Source of the DNA: Nemertoderma westbladi
Lineage: Eukaryota; Animalia; Xenacoelomorpha
DNA: 42,325 nucleotides
Assembly (NCBI GenBank): GCA_032718475.1
Contig: JAUCBJ010007529.1
Coordinates: 1 to 42,325 of the forward strand
Reading direction: 5' to 3'
The notes beneath the pieces were generated by a model. The model worked only from the letters and a program-made list of their open reading frames with translations, was not told where the DNA came from and searched no databases. This document shows, piece by piece, positions 13,901 to 25,711 of the stretch. A program made the position numbers and the translations under genes. The stretch's first letter is position 1; the number at the start of each line of letters is the position of its first letter.

Positions 13901-15189
13901 GGACGCGTAATGCCAAAAAAATAAGATTCTTCAGAGCTTTTAGCGAATCTATCGGTTTGACGGACAGTACGGACGATTGTCCGTTTTCTTCACGCGAATT
14001 CACCATTAGGGTCTATGTAAAAAAAATTAAATATCGCCCCTACCTGCTAGAGGTCGCCCGGAATCGAAAGAGGGTCTAAAAATTAGATTTCACATATTTT
14101 TGTTTTAAAAATTAAGTCGATGGTTTACCGGCTAATGTCCGTCAAATTCGAGAAAACGGACAAAATGACTTTGCGGTTTTCACTATAAGTCGGATAATAT
14201 TAATCGTACGGAGACAAAAGTAACACGTCTGGATATGAGAAGAGTGGTACTACGTTCGTATCGAATGGGGGTAAGATATTTTTTAATATTTCGGGTCGTA
14301 AAAGGGGCCGTAACTTTTCCGTTTTTGTCCGTCATTTTTATATAATTAATATTTCCGAAATTTTTAATTCGGAAACGCTAGTAGGAATCTGCCAATTCTT
14401 TTTCGGAAGGCGTAACAGACCACAGGGGCGACATTTCTATCGAATGGGGGTACAAAAAATATGTCGGCAAAAGGGTCCAAAAAGGGCCAGAAAGTGATAA
14501 AAGTATTCATCTTCTCTCACCTCTTCAATGTCAGATGTTGCAAATACTGATAACACGAATAACGGTATAGGCTATATTTCAATACTTGTCAATAGTAATA
14601 TAGATAATTTAGATAACTATTTTATATCTGTACTGTTGAGCAAACTCTACATAAATCCCAACCTGTGTATCGCCGGTAGGGCTGTTGCTGTGCAAGCAAG
14701 TGCCAGAGTGCTGAAGTGCTAGTTGCCACCGGTCAACCGGTACCGGTAGTAGGGTGGTATCTACGGTGCGCACTGCAACGGCAGTACAGCAATACGGTGT
14801 ACCGTGCCAATGACTGAATGATTAGCGGTAACTATCTAAACTATTATATTATTATTACCGGTACTGGGCTAATTAGGCCTAAACTATAATCACCGCAAGG
14901 GTTGCCGGCGCCGGGGCCATGTTTAACAGTTTAATTAGATTACATGATATGGCATGTCTGCAGTGTATGGTACCGGCTGACCAGTATTGCAGTATTGACG
15001 GATTACAGGATTCTCGATTCAGGGATTGAGTACAGCCTGACAGTACCGGTACACATGGTACATGCAGATTGGCAGACAGCCCCAATCTGCCAATGTATTG
15101 CAAAATTTAAACCCAGCTGATTTATCCTACAGTAATAATAATTTAACGCATTTTAAATTTGGATAAATAATTTATTATAACTGCAATAA

Positions 15190-15420
15190 CAGTTACACTG
15201 ATGCTGCACGAAGGCCCCACGCAAATTCTACTTGGAAAATTTTCAAACTTTTGCCAAACAACATGTGTACCAAGTTTGGATAGATTTCATCAAGGATTGG
15301 CCGAGTTATTAACGTTTAAAATAAAATACTGAAAAAAAACGTGACAGAACGACAGAATGACAGAACGACAGGTTGATTAATGGTACCCCTACGCTAAGGC
15401 TCACTCACTTCGTGGCTCGC
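15190..15420. mobile_element. Possible Helentron-associated (HINE/DINE-1-like) non-autonomous element fragment
   Basis: Segment 'accaagtttggatagatttcatcaaggattggccgagttat' followed by a short GACAGAAC/GACAGAAT microsatellite (~15353-15371), an arrangement typical of such elements. Termini were not resolved. Confidence 0.35.
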
Positions 15421-15453
15421 CCCACAAACCTAAAAAAATAGCATAAATTCACC

Positions 15454-15467
15454 GCGCCACCTAGTGG
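15454..15467 (-). promoter_or_regulatory. CTCF-consensus-like motif
   Basis: The reverse complement CCACTAGGTGGCGC fits the CCASYAGRKGGCRS core. This is a motif match only. Confidence 0.3.
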
Positions 15468-16198
15468 TGCAGAATTAATTTCACAAAATTTCGCGTGATA
15501 ATTAATGTTGCCCCATCTTTGATCTATCATATAAAAAAAACTTTCATGTGATGATTCAAAACTGTAATAGCCTTAGGGTTTTGGGCGCAACCAAGCTTTT
15601 TTATTGTTAACTATTGTTAACTGATATTAAATAGTGAAAAATAAAATTTTTCTAACCTATCATGTAGAGCATCATCTTAGATACTGTACTTATATTCCAA
15701 ATTATAGCCAAAACCAAAATTTTTAATTATAGCCAAAACCAAAATTTTAAAACGCTGAGAGTGATAAATCGAAGAGTTGTCCGAAAATGGTGTACCCCCC
15801 CCCCCCCCCCCCCTCTTAACTTACGCCCATACCTAACAAAATAAACTAAATCATGCAGGAGTTTAAATATTTAACTAGAAGCCTAATGTTTATTAGAAAA
15901 AATTATTGATACATTTGACAACCGCATAAAGAGAAGTGCTAATTCGGTGGAACAAAAAATAACAAATTTTACAAATATATAGTTGAGTTTCGAAAGCCTG
16001 AGACCATTAAGCGATAACCTCCGGCTCTCTCATCAACTGGACTAGTAATTAGCCAAGGCCAAGACCTGGGTGTCTATTTATCTATAATTCAAAGTCCTAG
16101 TTAATTTGCGCAACAAAATAAACTACATAACCCGCAGAAACCCCAACTAAACAGACAGAAAGACACCACAGAAAGCAAACCCCAGAATTTGAAACTGT

Positions 16199-17861
<1,663 letters not shown>

Positions 17862-17949
17862 ATTGTCTTCAGAAAGTACCGTAATATCAACATGCAACTA
17901 TCGGTATTCGCAATAATTAAGTAAATATAGATGTAGCAAATCAACTTAC

Positions 17950-18004
17950 CTTGATGGCAGGTAATAGCAAACAATCCGAGCAGTATGGCTACTTTGGTAG
18001 ACAT
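17950..18004 (-). CDS. Putative first coding exon (signal peptide) of an unidentified secreted or membrane protein
   Basis: An ATG at 18004 gives MSTKVAILLGLFAITCHQ(G): basic N-terminus plus hydrophobic core. It is followed by a perfect donor CAAG|GTAAGT in phase 1, typical of signal-peptide exons. Downstream exons were not securely identified. Confidence 0.55.
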
Positions 18005-18550
18005 AATAAGTATAGTTTAGTTATGTATGAATCGGCAAATATTTATTCTCAACACTGTTAAAGTAGAAAATTAATAGGTCCTACGCAATATTAACACCTT
18101 CCGGGCGATTTGCACTGTCTTTCTTTCCACTACAGTACTATACTGTCAAATCAACATTTTATAACGAACCTGCCTGTATAGGCGCGGTGAGTAATTTATC
18201 AAAATTTTTGTCTCTTTCATCTATGTATCTACTGTATGTATGGCCTCGCAGATTGAACGTATCCATAGTTACTAGTTATAAAGATTGTCAGTCTGCGTTT
18301 ATGAAATATATTTAATGACAAAACAGGGCGAGCGCAACGAGTCTTATAATTAAGACTGTGAAGTACTGCGCTGACTATATTCCAATACGTAATATATTAT
18401 AATATATTATTTAGATTTGGGAAACTACTGTATAGGTAACTTCACCGGTATAATTGGACTTGAGCACTGTAACAAATAATTCCATGAAATACTATAATTT
18501 ACGCAGTAATAATTTCAGATAGTTGTATTTCACCTAGCCTCTCCTTTTAG

Positions 18551-18650
18551 GTGTAGTCATGGAAACTGCCAGTTGCTTGCTCTAATTGTCGGCATTGGAA
18601 TTAACTGTTGCCTGGTGTTGGTTGGATCTTCACTAACAATGTACGGAGAG
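18551..18650 (+). CDS. Putative 100-nt exon (hydrophobic peptide, or 5'UTR plus start) of an unidentified + strand gene
   Basis: Acceptor ctctccttttag| and donor GAG|GTGAGT. One frame is open: CSHGNCQLLALIVGIGINCCLVLVGSSLTMYGE. A further donor GCG|GTGAGT lies at 18186/18187. Confidence 0.35.
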
Positions 18651-20247
18651 GTGAGTACAAAGTTATTGAAGCTAACCGAGTACGCAATAATATTCTAGAA
18701 ATAATTTTCCTAATATTTCTTCATGTTAGAAAATATCACAAATTGATAATCCCACAAATAATGAGCCAAAAAATTAGAAATTAAGGAAGATTATTTTTAC
18801 TACAAACTTGGTGGTCCGACTTACTTTATTGGATAAGGGGAAATAAGCAGATGATGATCTTTGATACCATACATTGAGGATTAGCATAATACACACATAT
18901 TGCACAATAAGGCATCCTTTGATGTTGGAAATATTGGTTAAAACACGATAAGATGCATAACCGATGCAGGAATTACCAGTCATCATCCTCTTATAATAAA
19001 ATGAAACAAGATACCCTTTACGTCGCGCGAAGGCCCACGACCTACTACAGTATAACAGTTATACTGTAGTAGCTTATGGAAGCCCCCCCCCCCCCCTTCG
19101 TGTTAATTATATGCTAATGAAATGATGATTGATATTTTGATATTGCCAATAATATTAATAATTAACACCTCTGATTGATGAGTATTAGTATTGGTGACAG
19201 TAGCGGGCGATTTATTATAGGTCGCTTATTAGCTGTAGCAAAGCTAGTGTAGTGTAGTTGCTACTTGACCTTTATGGAAGTTATTTGGGGGGGGGGGGGG
19301 TAACAAAGGGGGTTGGGGTTACTCTAGAATTCTAAATTTGGAGTTAAATATTTTGATATTTTCATAATTACTGTAGTTGTGCAGCGTAATCAAAAGATAC
19401 CATCTTCCCTGCTTCTCAGTATGACTGTCATCTATCTATGCCATATGGCAGCACAAATGTAGTCGTAGACATCAACCTATGTTACCTACTAGAAGGGGTA
19501 AAATAGTGGATAATGAATATAATGATTTGAAGGTCTTTTACCATTCTTCTACCAATAAGCTATTTCTGTTGTGGTTAATACTGAAATATTCATGTATGTC
19601 TTTAAACAATACCACACCACACACCTGCCTGCCAGATATACAAGGACCCCGCCGCCTCAACTAACAGAACTCTCTATTCCTGTAAGCTTGATAAACCGAC
19701 GCAGGAATCTTATTGTCCTCACACTATAGTTATTGATTCCAGAGCGCTACGACTGACTTACAAACTATTGCCAATCTCACCAATAATCTAAAGAATAGTT
19801 TCTGTAGGGTGATGGTTTCTTTTACCAGTGTGGCATACAATGACTCATCTGAAGAATGAGCATAGGCATAGGGTGCTTCGCAAACTTTGCGGGGCAATAA
19901 TGCACTGATGATAATTGCTTTCACAACTTTGTTTGCATGTTAAGCTGAGCATGTTAAACTTATCTAATTTATCTGATTTCAGTAGACCCAACTAAAGCAG
20001 TTCTAACCTATGCAACCATAGAAACTGTGTTTAGGGATATTGAGTGACATTGATGTGAGTTGAAATTAACCTACACTGCAAAAAAATAAAATCACATTCT
20101 ATTTCAACTTGTAACTTTATATTGTAACGAATTAAAGCGCTTAACCATTTACGATATTGGACGATTTTGGATTTACATTGTAAGTATCGTATATATAATT
20201 ACTATTTAATTAATATATTATCAGATACCACATAGAGGCCTATCCAT

Positions 20248-20430
20248 CGGGAGTAAAAGCTACACAGACAGCCGACAACAATTATTATCAACAAAACTGA
20301 AAGAAAAAAACCGGTTCGCTTGTCTCTCGTTTATTGTTTTGGTTAGAATTACGTTCCACAGTGCTCCCTTCCCTTAACGTTTATAACGGTTGTCGGATGT
20401 TGCCTGCTGTCGGTGTAGCGTTTACACCCG
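20248..20430. mobile_element. MITE-like element with 25-bp imperfect inverted repeats
   Basis: cgggagtaaaagctacacagacagc (20248-20272) matches the reverse complement of 20406-20430 (cgggtgtaaacgctacaccgacagc) with 3 mismatches. There is also an inner ccgacaac/gttgtcgg pair. Confidence 0.6.
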
Positions 20431-22111
20431 CATACATATTTATTTTTATACAGATAACTTTGTCAACTTATCCCAAGTTCTTAACTAAAGATTATTACAA
20501 TAATTAACTACACACCTTTTATCGCGGCAGCTATCAAGTTCATAGTCCACTCCAAATTCATCATATCAGATTGAATCGGTACATTCGCCATAAAAAGATT
20601 GACAATAATCATTATTTATATGCTAATTCCGAATTATCGTGATACCGAGGTTTCCTGGGATTCCATTTGTGATCAATTAACAAACTAATCACTAAATATA
20701 CCTTTGCTCTATGTTTATTTACAAATAATTGCTTATTATATATCAATGTAACACATGTTAAAAATGACTGCGCCAGTACGTGGTGACCTACCCGATTAAT
20801 ATTAGGGAGGGGGTTATACCACTCTTGGACCATTTTTAAAATGGCTCACAATTAGGGTTTGAGAATAGTAAAAATATTTTATTAAGGTCAACCAACTGGC
20901 TATGGAAGGCCAAATAGTATAAATACAAAAATTTGAAAATGTAATGCCTCCCCCCTAGTAGTGGCTGGCAGTGGAATTAAATATTTAACTAAAAACACTA
21001 ATAATACCTCAATCTCAGTCTAAATTTCTTGAAACTAACTTTTTAGAATCAGCGCCATCGAATCTACAACATTTATTTAATTGTATTTAGCCATTTTAAT
21101 TTTAGTAAATAAATTTAATAAATTAATTCAAACTTTGTAATTTACAAAATATTTATTAAAATTCCATAAGATAACATTTAAAGAACTGCCGCAAACCTTT
21201 CTAATGAGACAAAAATAAAGAAAAATGGCGGTAATGGTAGAAATTTGAATATTCAAAATGTCATTCCGCGATAATTGCCTTCTAAGTTTTAACCCTATTA
21301 GTACCGGGCTATAAAATGTTGTACAAATACAGGGGGGGGAGGGGGGGGGGGTCATTTTAACCCCTCCGCCCCCCCCCCACCATTCTTAAAATCAATTTTA
21401 ACGAAAACGTATGATTTTTTTGTTTGAACGTAGATTTCACTAGTATGAATCCGACTGACCATTCTCGAGAAATTGTACTGGGGTGGTTATTTTGCAGCAC
21501 CAAACTTTTAAGTAGTGAACAATTGTCAAAAATTTTGAAAGTTACAATTTTCTAACTAATCATTTTTCAATACAGGTTTTCTGGGGCACAGAATCTATTG
21601 GGAAATATTTAAAAATAATCTGAATAAATGACAGTTTTAGTCCTCTACGTAGGCAAAAAATGAAAAAAAAGTAACCAGCACTTTTCAGTTTGAGCACAAA
21701 ATTTTTAATTCACTTATACGATGCTATAAATTCACATTTTCAGGTTTTCTGGGACGCTGATTCTAATGGAAAACATTTCTAATGCACCAGATCATTGCTA
21801 TCGTATTTTTCGGCGTAATTTGGCAAATTTTGGTGCTAGCACCAAATTTCGTAGCGATCACCAAAAAGTACAAGTTTGAGATGTCCTGTGATGTTTGTAT
21901 TGATTCCATCGTATTCAGGACCATCTTAAACCCGCATAACTAGTTATTTTTTTTTTTTTTTTTTTTACATAACTAAAATTAATAGTAATTAATATTAATA
22001 TAAACACCAAAGAGTTGCATATTTCTAGTAGTGACCGCTGAATGAATAGAGTTTGTAAAGTGTACATCTAATATTCCTCCTCTCCCTCCACATCTTCGGC
22101 TTCACCATTGT

Positions 22112-25100
22112 TTAAACTTTGATACAGGCCTCAGATGTAGCTGCCTGTATTCCGGTTTCCTGCAGAGTAATTGGGACCCGTTTAATCCGTGGTTCTCGTG
22201 CGCCTCGCAAACACATTATTGAAGAGCGCAATAGCGCAAAGCTTAAACGTGTACGGATTAATGCCACTGTCTCGGAGTAAGGAGCACCCCGCTTTGCAGA
22301 TAGAAGGAGTGCTACTCTGTTTAATAGTGCCTGAGCACCCCTGCCAGCTCCCCCTGTAGTTGACATTACAAATGGAGTAAATGATGCGTGTTCAATGAGA
22401 GTTATCCGTTCTTCATATTTGCGGCGCTTATCCTTTTCATGCTTTGTATAAGCTGCATTGATCGACTTGGGGTTGGATGCGCAAAGTGGATTAAAAACCT
22501 TCACGTCTATGAAGAGCTTCTGGAAGCGTCCACCCCATATGCCAGAAGCTGCCACATCCAGTCGAGCATCCAGGTCTGTTGAGGTACTACTCAGTTTAAA
22601 CTGCTCACCACCCACTGGTTGAAGGTGCGGTTCTATCTGCACGTCATGAGAAACCTCGACTAATAACTCCGCCAAGTAGTCCCTTACCTCATTATGGCGA
22701 AGGCTAGGGTATCCACCATTTGGACAGTGTAAGACATGCGATATGGAGTGTTCGGCCCCACATGAACATAGTGCAGGAAGCTTTGGTGGCTGCCACCCAA
22801 ATCGCAAACACAGTGCATCCCTGAAGGCTTCTTTGTGTAGGGAGTAACCGTATTTGGTCAGTGGTAGTGCGGTCAGCCAGGAAGAGGCTCCCTTTTCCTT
22901 AGATAGTAGGCGGAGGTATTGGTCGCTGTTGCTAAGCTTACTGTGGATGCACTCTGCGCTTTCCTTCACACCTTCCATTCGATCTTTCTTTATTTCTCGG
23001 CGGATTGTTTGTTGTTTTGTACGAGCTTCTGATGGTTCTAAGCAGGTGTCAACACTAAAGAGTGGTTCACATAATCTCCGGGACTCCTGGATACCCTGAT
23101 GAAGGTCGGTTGATCTTAATATTGCTAGACCTCCCTCCCTGACAGGCAGAGCGAGGAGATCGCGCTGTATTTTACCTGGAGGGGGATTACCTGTTATGGT
23201 TGGGATGACCCGATCTGTAATCATGTCATCAATTTGGTCCATTGCGGTGGTAAACCCAGGAGTTGTTCTTGATAAAAAGTTGAACTTAGGTTGCATGCCA
23301 TACACGAGACAACTATAGGATGGCTGAGGAGCTGTTACAGCGAATTCTCGAAGTTTAACCAGCTGATCACACAGTGAATGGACTTTGTCATTTACATAAT
23401 CACTGCAGCATGATTGGGACCCAATAACTGAGCCTAGTACACGATGACCTTCGGTTAGTTGCACGCCAGTGTTAGCAAAAATGGTTTTAGCTTCGCTCAT
23501 GAATCCTTCCTTCACGATAAGAAATGTTTTTATTGCGTTCAGGGAATAACCATATCCAGGTCCATAGGAGCATATGGCATCCCAGTATGTTCGAAGGGTT
23601 TGTAGTCGGCCAGCTGCATTTGCATCATCTGCAAACCATTTTTCCAACAATTTGTCTTCTCCAAATTTTTCCTGATCGAAATCGTGTGCCACTTTACCAA
23701 CTAGCTTTATTAGTGGAAGGGTTCCAACACCATACATCGCCAGTGCCAGTGGGTCACCCTGTGTTGATCCTTCTTCTGACAACATGGTCTCATTATCTAC
23801 GAACAGTTGTGAGGGACTTCTGTATGAGTTGCATAGTGCTGTTGACAGAGCTGGACAGATGACCTGGCAGTTTAGTAACGTTAGTTTGCGGTTTAATGCA
23901 TTAAATGCGTTGGTTGCATCTATTAGAAGGATCCCTTCACATTCTGGGTCCTCGAAGTGATCTCTAAGTGCATGTATAGCGTATTCTATTCCGCCGATCT
24001 GTCCAACACAAAGTTGAGTGTTTTCAGCAACTTTTTCTAAGTCAGCTGTAATACAGGTCATTATATCCTTCCCACTTATCCTCCGCAGAACCTCCCCAAC
24101 ACCAACAGGGCGTACTCCAGGATCCTTATCTAGTGGTGCAAGTCGAGATGCATTATATGGTGCTAGTATTTTTGGATCTATATGCTCTGTTGCTATGCGC
24201 CTGGTAGTTGCTGCGACGCTCTTTCTTAGGTCAACTGAGTTATTTCCAAAGGATGTCAGGAGCCTCCTCCAACTATCTGCATCCAGTCCAGATGGTCCAG
24301 CGGAACCCCTGGTCCTCAGGGTGGCTGAGAGGATAGTCTCCGAAGTAATTCGGTCATAGATGGCCGGGTGGTATTCCATACTATTTGGCCAGGATGATTC
24401 AATGAGGAGTGTGTCCAGTTTACCAGGACTAGGGTGTTTCTCTCGAAGAATTTCTTTCACGGTTTTGTCTCCGACTGTGTCATTTAAACCAAGTGGTTTC
24501 CCCTTTACCTTTGAGTCTCCCAGTATACTGAGTGCTGATGCAACACGTCCAGTGCCCATCCTGACGATGAAATCGCGCCTTTGCTGTTCGCCAGGTTTAT
24601 TATCTCTAGGCCTTCTTCCCCTGCGAACTTGAAGGGCTCTGCCCTCTTGTAGTAAATCTTCTATTTTACCAGCTTCCCATAGCTCCAACCTTCGACGCAG
24701 TGTTTGACTAATACTCCCAGATTTTTGTTCAGGACTCCCAGCGGCCTGTAGAATAAGTTTTGGTAGTACCATTATTGCCAACATAGCCATAGGTTCTAGT
24801 GCTGATTTTTCGCTGAAAGATTTGAGGAGGCCGGTAAGTGTGTCTACGAACATCCTCCCTGCTTGTGATCTAGGTACATCAAATAGGAATGGCTTCCAGT
24901 GGACGATTTCATCATATACACTTTGTAGACGTGTTATAAATATGCTTCCCGGGATACCATTCCAACTGAAACCGGGATTGCTTGCCTCAAATGGAGGCAG
25001 GGTACTATTTATGGCTGGTTGAAATGGGGCAGTCTGATCAGATTCTAAAGCCAGGTCTGAATCTGGGGAATTAGAAAATTTGGTCTCAAATGGGTGTGGG

Positions 25101-25711
25101 TGGGCTGAGAGATTTTCTTTGGTATTCTGGTCATTTGGTGTCGGATGCATAGATGGCTTCACTGTGTTATTTGTTTGCCTTCCTGATCCTAAGCATAGGT
25201 CTCCAATTTTGGTTTTGTGCTTTTTTACCTTACCATCCTTGTTTATTTTTATTGTCTTTTCGCATAGATTACAGTAGATCCTTAGCAGGTGCGTTTGGGT
25301 GTCTGATGAGCAACTGTTAGTGGATTTAGACGAGGTGTCAGACTTTTTTGCGTTGGTCTGGGTTGGTGGTAAGGTTGGTGTGCGGTTTACTTCTGCATTG
25401 TTAGTAGGTTGTGTATGGATGTTTGGAGTTTCTTGATTGCACTTCAGCATTGTTGGTTGGTCAGTGGATTGCGCTGGTCTAACTAGAGTTGCTTTTTCTA
25501 TAATTGATGATGACATTTGTTTGCGGAAGAGTGAAATTACGGAGTCATCAATATTATACTGGCACTGAGGTCTATTGTTTAGAAGCAGATATGCAAAATA
25601 GCAAATGTAAGCCCCACAGTGGAAATTGTTATATTGTTGTTTAGGCAGGCGTGGAACCATTTTGATTTCCGTGGGAGTGGTACTGTTGTTCGCGAATTGT
25701 TTGTTTATCAC
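22112..25711 (-). CDS. Retrotransposon polyprotein: C-terminal half of Ulp1 protease, CxxC-H-C zinc finger, reverse transcriptase, CCHC knuckle, restriction-like endonuclease
   Basis: Protease Gln/Cys motif PKQQYNNFHCGAYIC. Zn finger CNLC...H...CLGSG. RT motifs GVRPVGVGEVLRRI, LLIDATNAFN, GSTQGDPLA, WFADD (23624-23638), GYSLNAIKT, RVLGSVIG. C-terminal CSCG..HVLHC...RHNEVRD, RLDV...FIDVKV, EKDKRRKY. Confidence 0.93.
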   Translation of the reverse strand: MINKQFANNSTTPTEIKMVPRLPKQQYNNFHCGAYICYFAYLLLNNRPQCQYNIDDSVISLFRKQMSSSIIEKATLVRPAQSTDQPTMLKCNQETPNIHTQPTNNAEVNRTPTLPPTQTNAKKSDTSSKSTNSCSSDTQTHLLRIYCNLCEKTIKINKDGKVKKHKTKIGDLCLGSGRQTNNTVKPSMHPTPNDQNTKENLSAHPHPFETKFSNSPDSDLALESDQTAPFQPAINSTLPPFEASNPGFSWNGIPGSIFITRLQSVYDEIVHWKPFLFDVPRSQAGRMFVDTLTGLLKSFSEKSALEPMAMLAIMVLPKLILQAAGSPEQKSGSISQTLRRRLELWEAGKIEDLLQEGRALQVRRGRRPRDNKPGEQQRRDFIVRMGTGRVASALSILGDSKVKGKPLGLNDTVGDKTVKEILREKHPSPGKLDTLLIESSWPNSMEYHPAIYDRITSETILSATLRTRGSAGPSGLDADSWRRLLTSFGNNSVDLRKSVAATTRRIATEHIDPKILAPYNASRLAPLDKDPGVRPVGVGEVLRRISGKDIMTCITADLEKVAENTQLCVGQIGGIEYAIHALRDHFEDPECEGILLIDATNAFNALNRKLTLLNCQVICPALSTALCNSYRSPSQLFVDNETMLSEEGSTQGDPLALAMYGVGTLPLIKLVGKVAHDFDQEKFGEDKLLEKWFADDANAAGRLQTLRTYWDAICSYGPGYGYSLNAIKTFLIVKEGFMSEAKTIFANTGVQLTEGHRVLGSVIGSQSCCSDYVNDKVHSLCDQLVKLREFAVTAPQPSYSCLVYGMQPKFNFLSRTTPGFTTAMDQIDDMITDRVIPTITGNPPPGKIQRDLLALPVREGGLAILRSTDLHQGIQESRRLCEPLFSVDTCLEPSEARTKQQTIRREIKKDRMEGVKESAECIHSKLSNSDQYLRLLSKEKGASSWLTALPLTKYGYSLHKEAFRDALCLRFGWQPPKLPALCSCGAEHSISHVLHCPNGGYPSLRHNEVRDYLAELLVEVSHDVQIEPHLQPVGGEQFKLSSTSTDLDARLDVAASGIWGGRFQKLFIDVKVFNPLCASNPKSINAAYTKHEKDKRRKYEERITLIEHASFTPFVMSTTGGAGRGAQALLNRVALLLSAKRGAPYSETVALIRTRLSFALLRSSIMCLRGAREPRIKRVPITLQETGIQAATSEACIKV

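Larger units (their letters stand above)
1..14500. repeat. Tandem array (macrosatellite) of a ~2.97-kb non-coding unit, ~4.9 copies; the left end runs off the window
   Basis: The anchor TTATAATTT(A/C)GC recurs at 25, 2981, 5951, 8921 and 11890 (periods 2956, 2970, 2970, 2969). The same short ORFs recur at 685/3641/6612/12550 and 1951/10858. Similarity ends after '...aaagggccagaaagtgataaaag' at ~14500. Confidence 0.97.

Noticed and set aside
685-14006. Recurrent 60-110-aa ORFs in the tandem units
   Set aside because: They recur only because the DNA is repeated. Starts, stops and frames vary between units, and no protein motifs are recognisable.
15698-15748. Tandem duplication of aattatagccaaaaccaaaatttt
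   Set aside because: An ordinary local slippage duplication with no further structure.
22388-25277. + strand ORFs overlapping the CRE ORF (and similar ones within 30063-31907)
   Set aside because: These are antisense shadows of the retrotransposon coding sequences.
22112-25711. Bacterial retron, group II intron or DGR reverse transcriptase, or telomerase
   Set aside because: The poly(A) tail, TSD and CCHC+RLE C-terminus identify a eukaryotic non-LTR retrotransposon.
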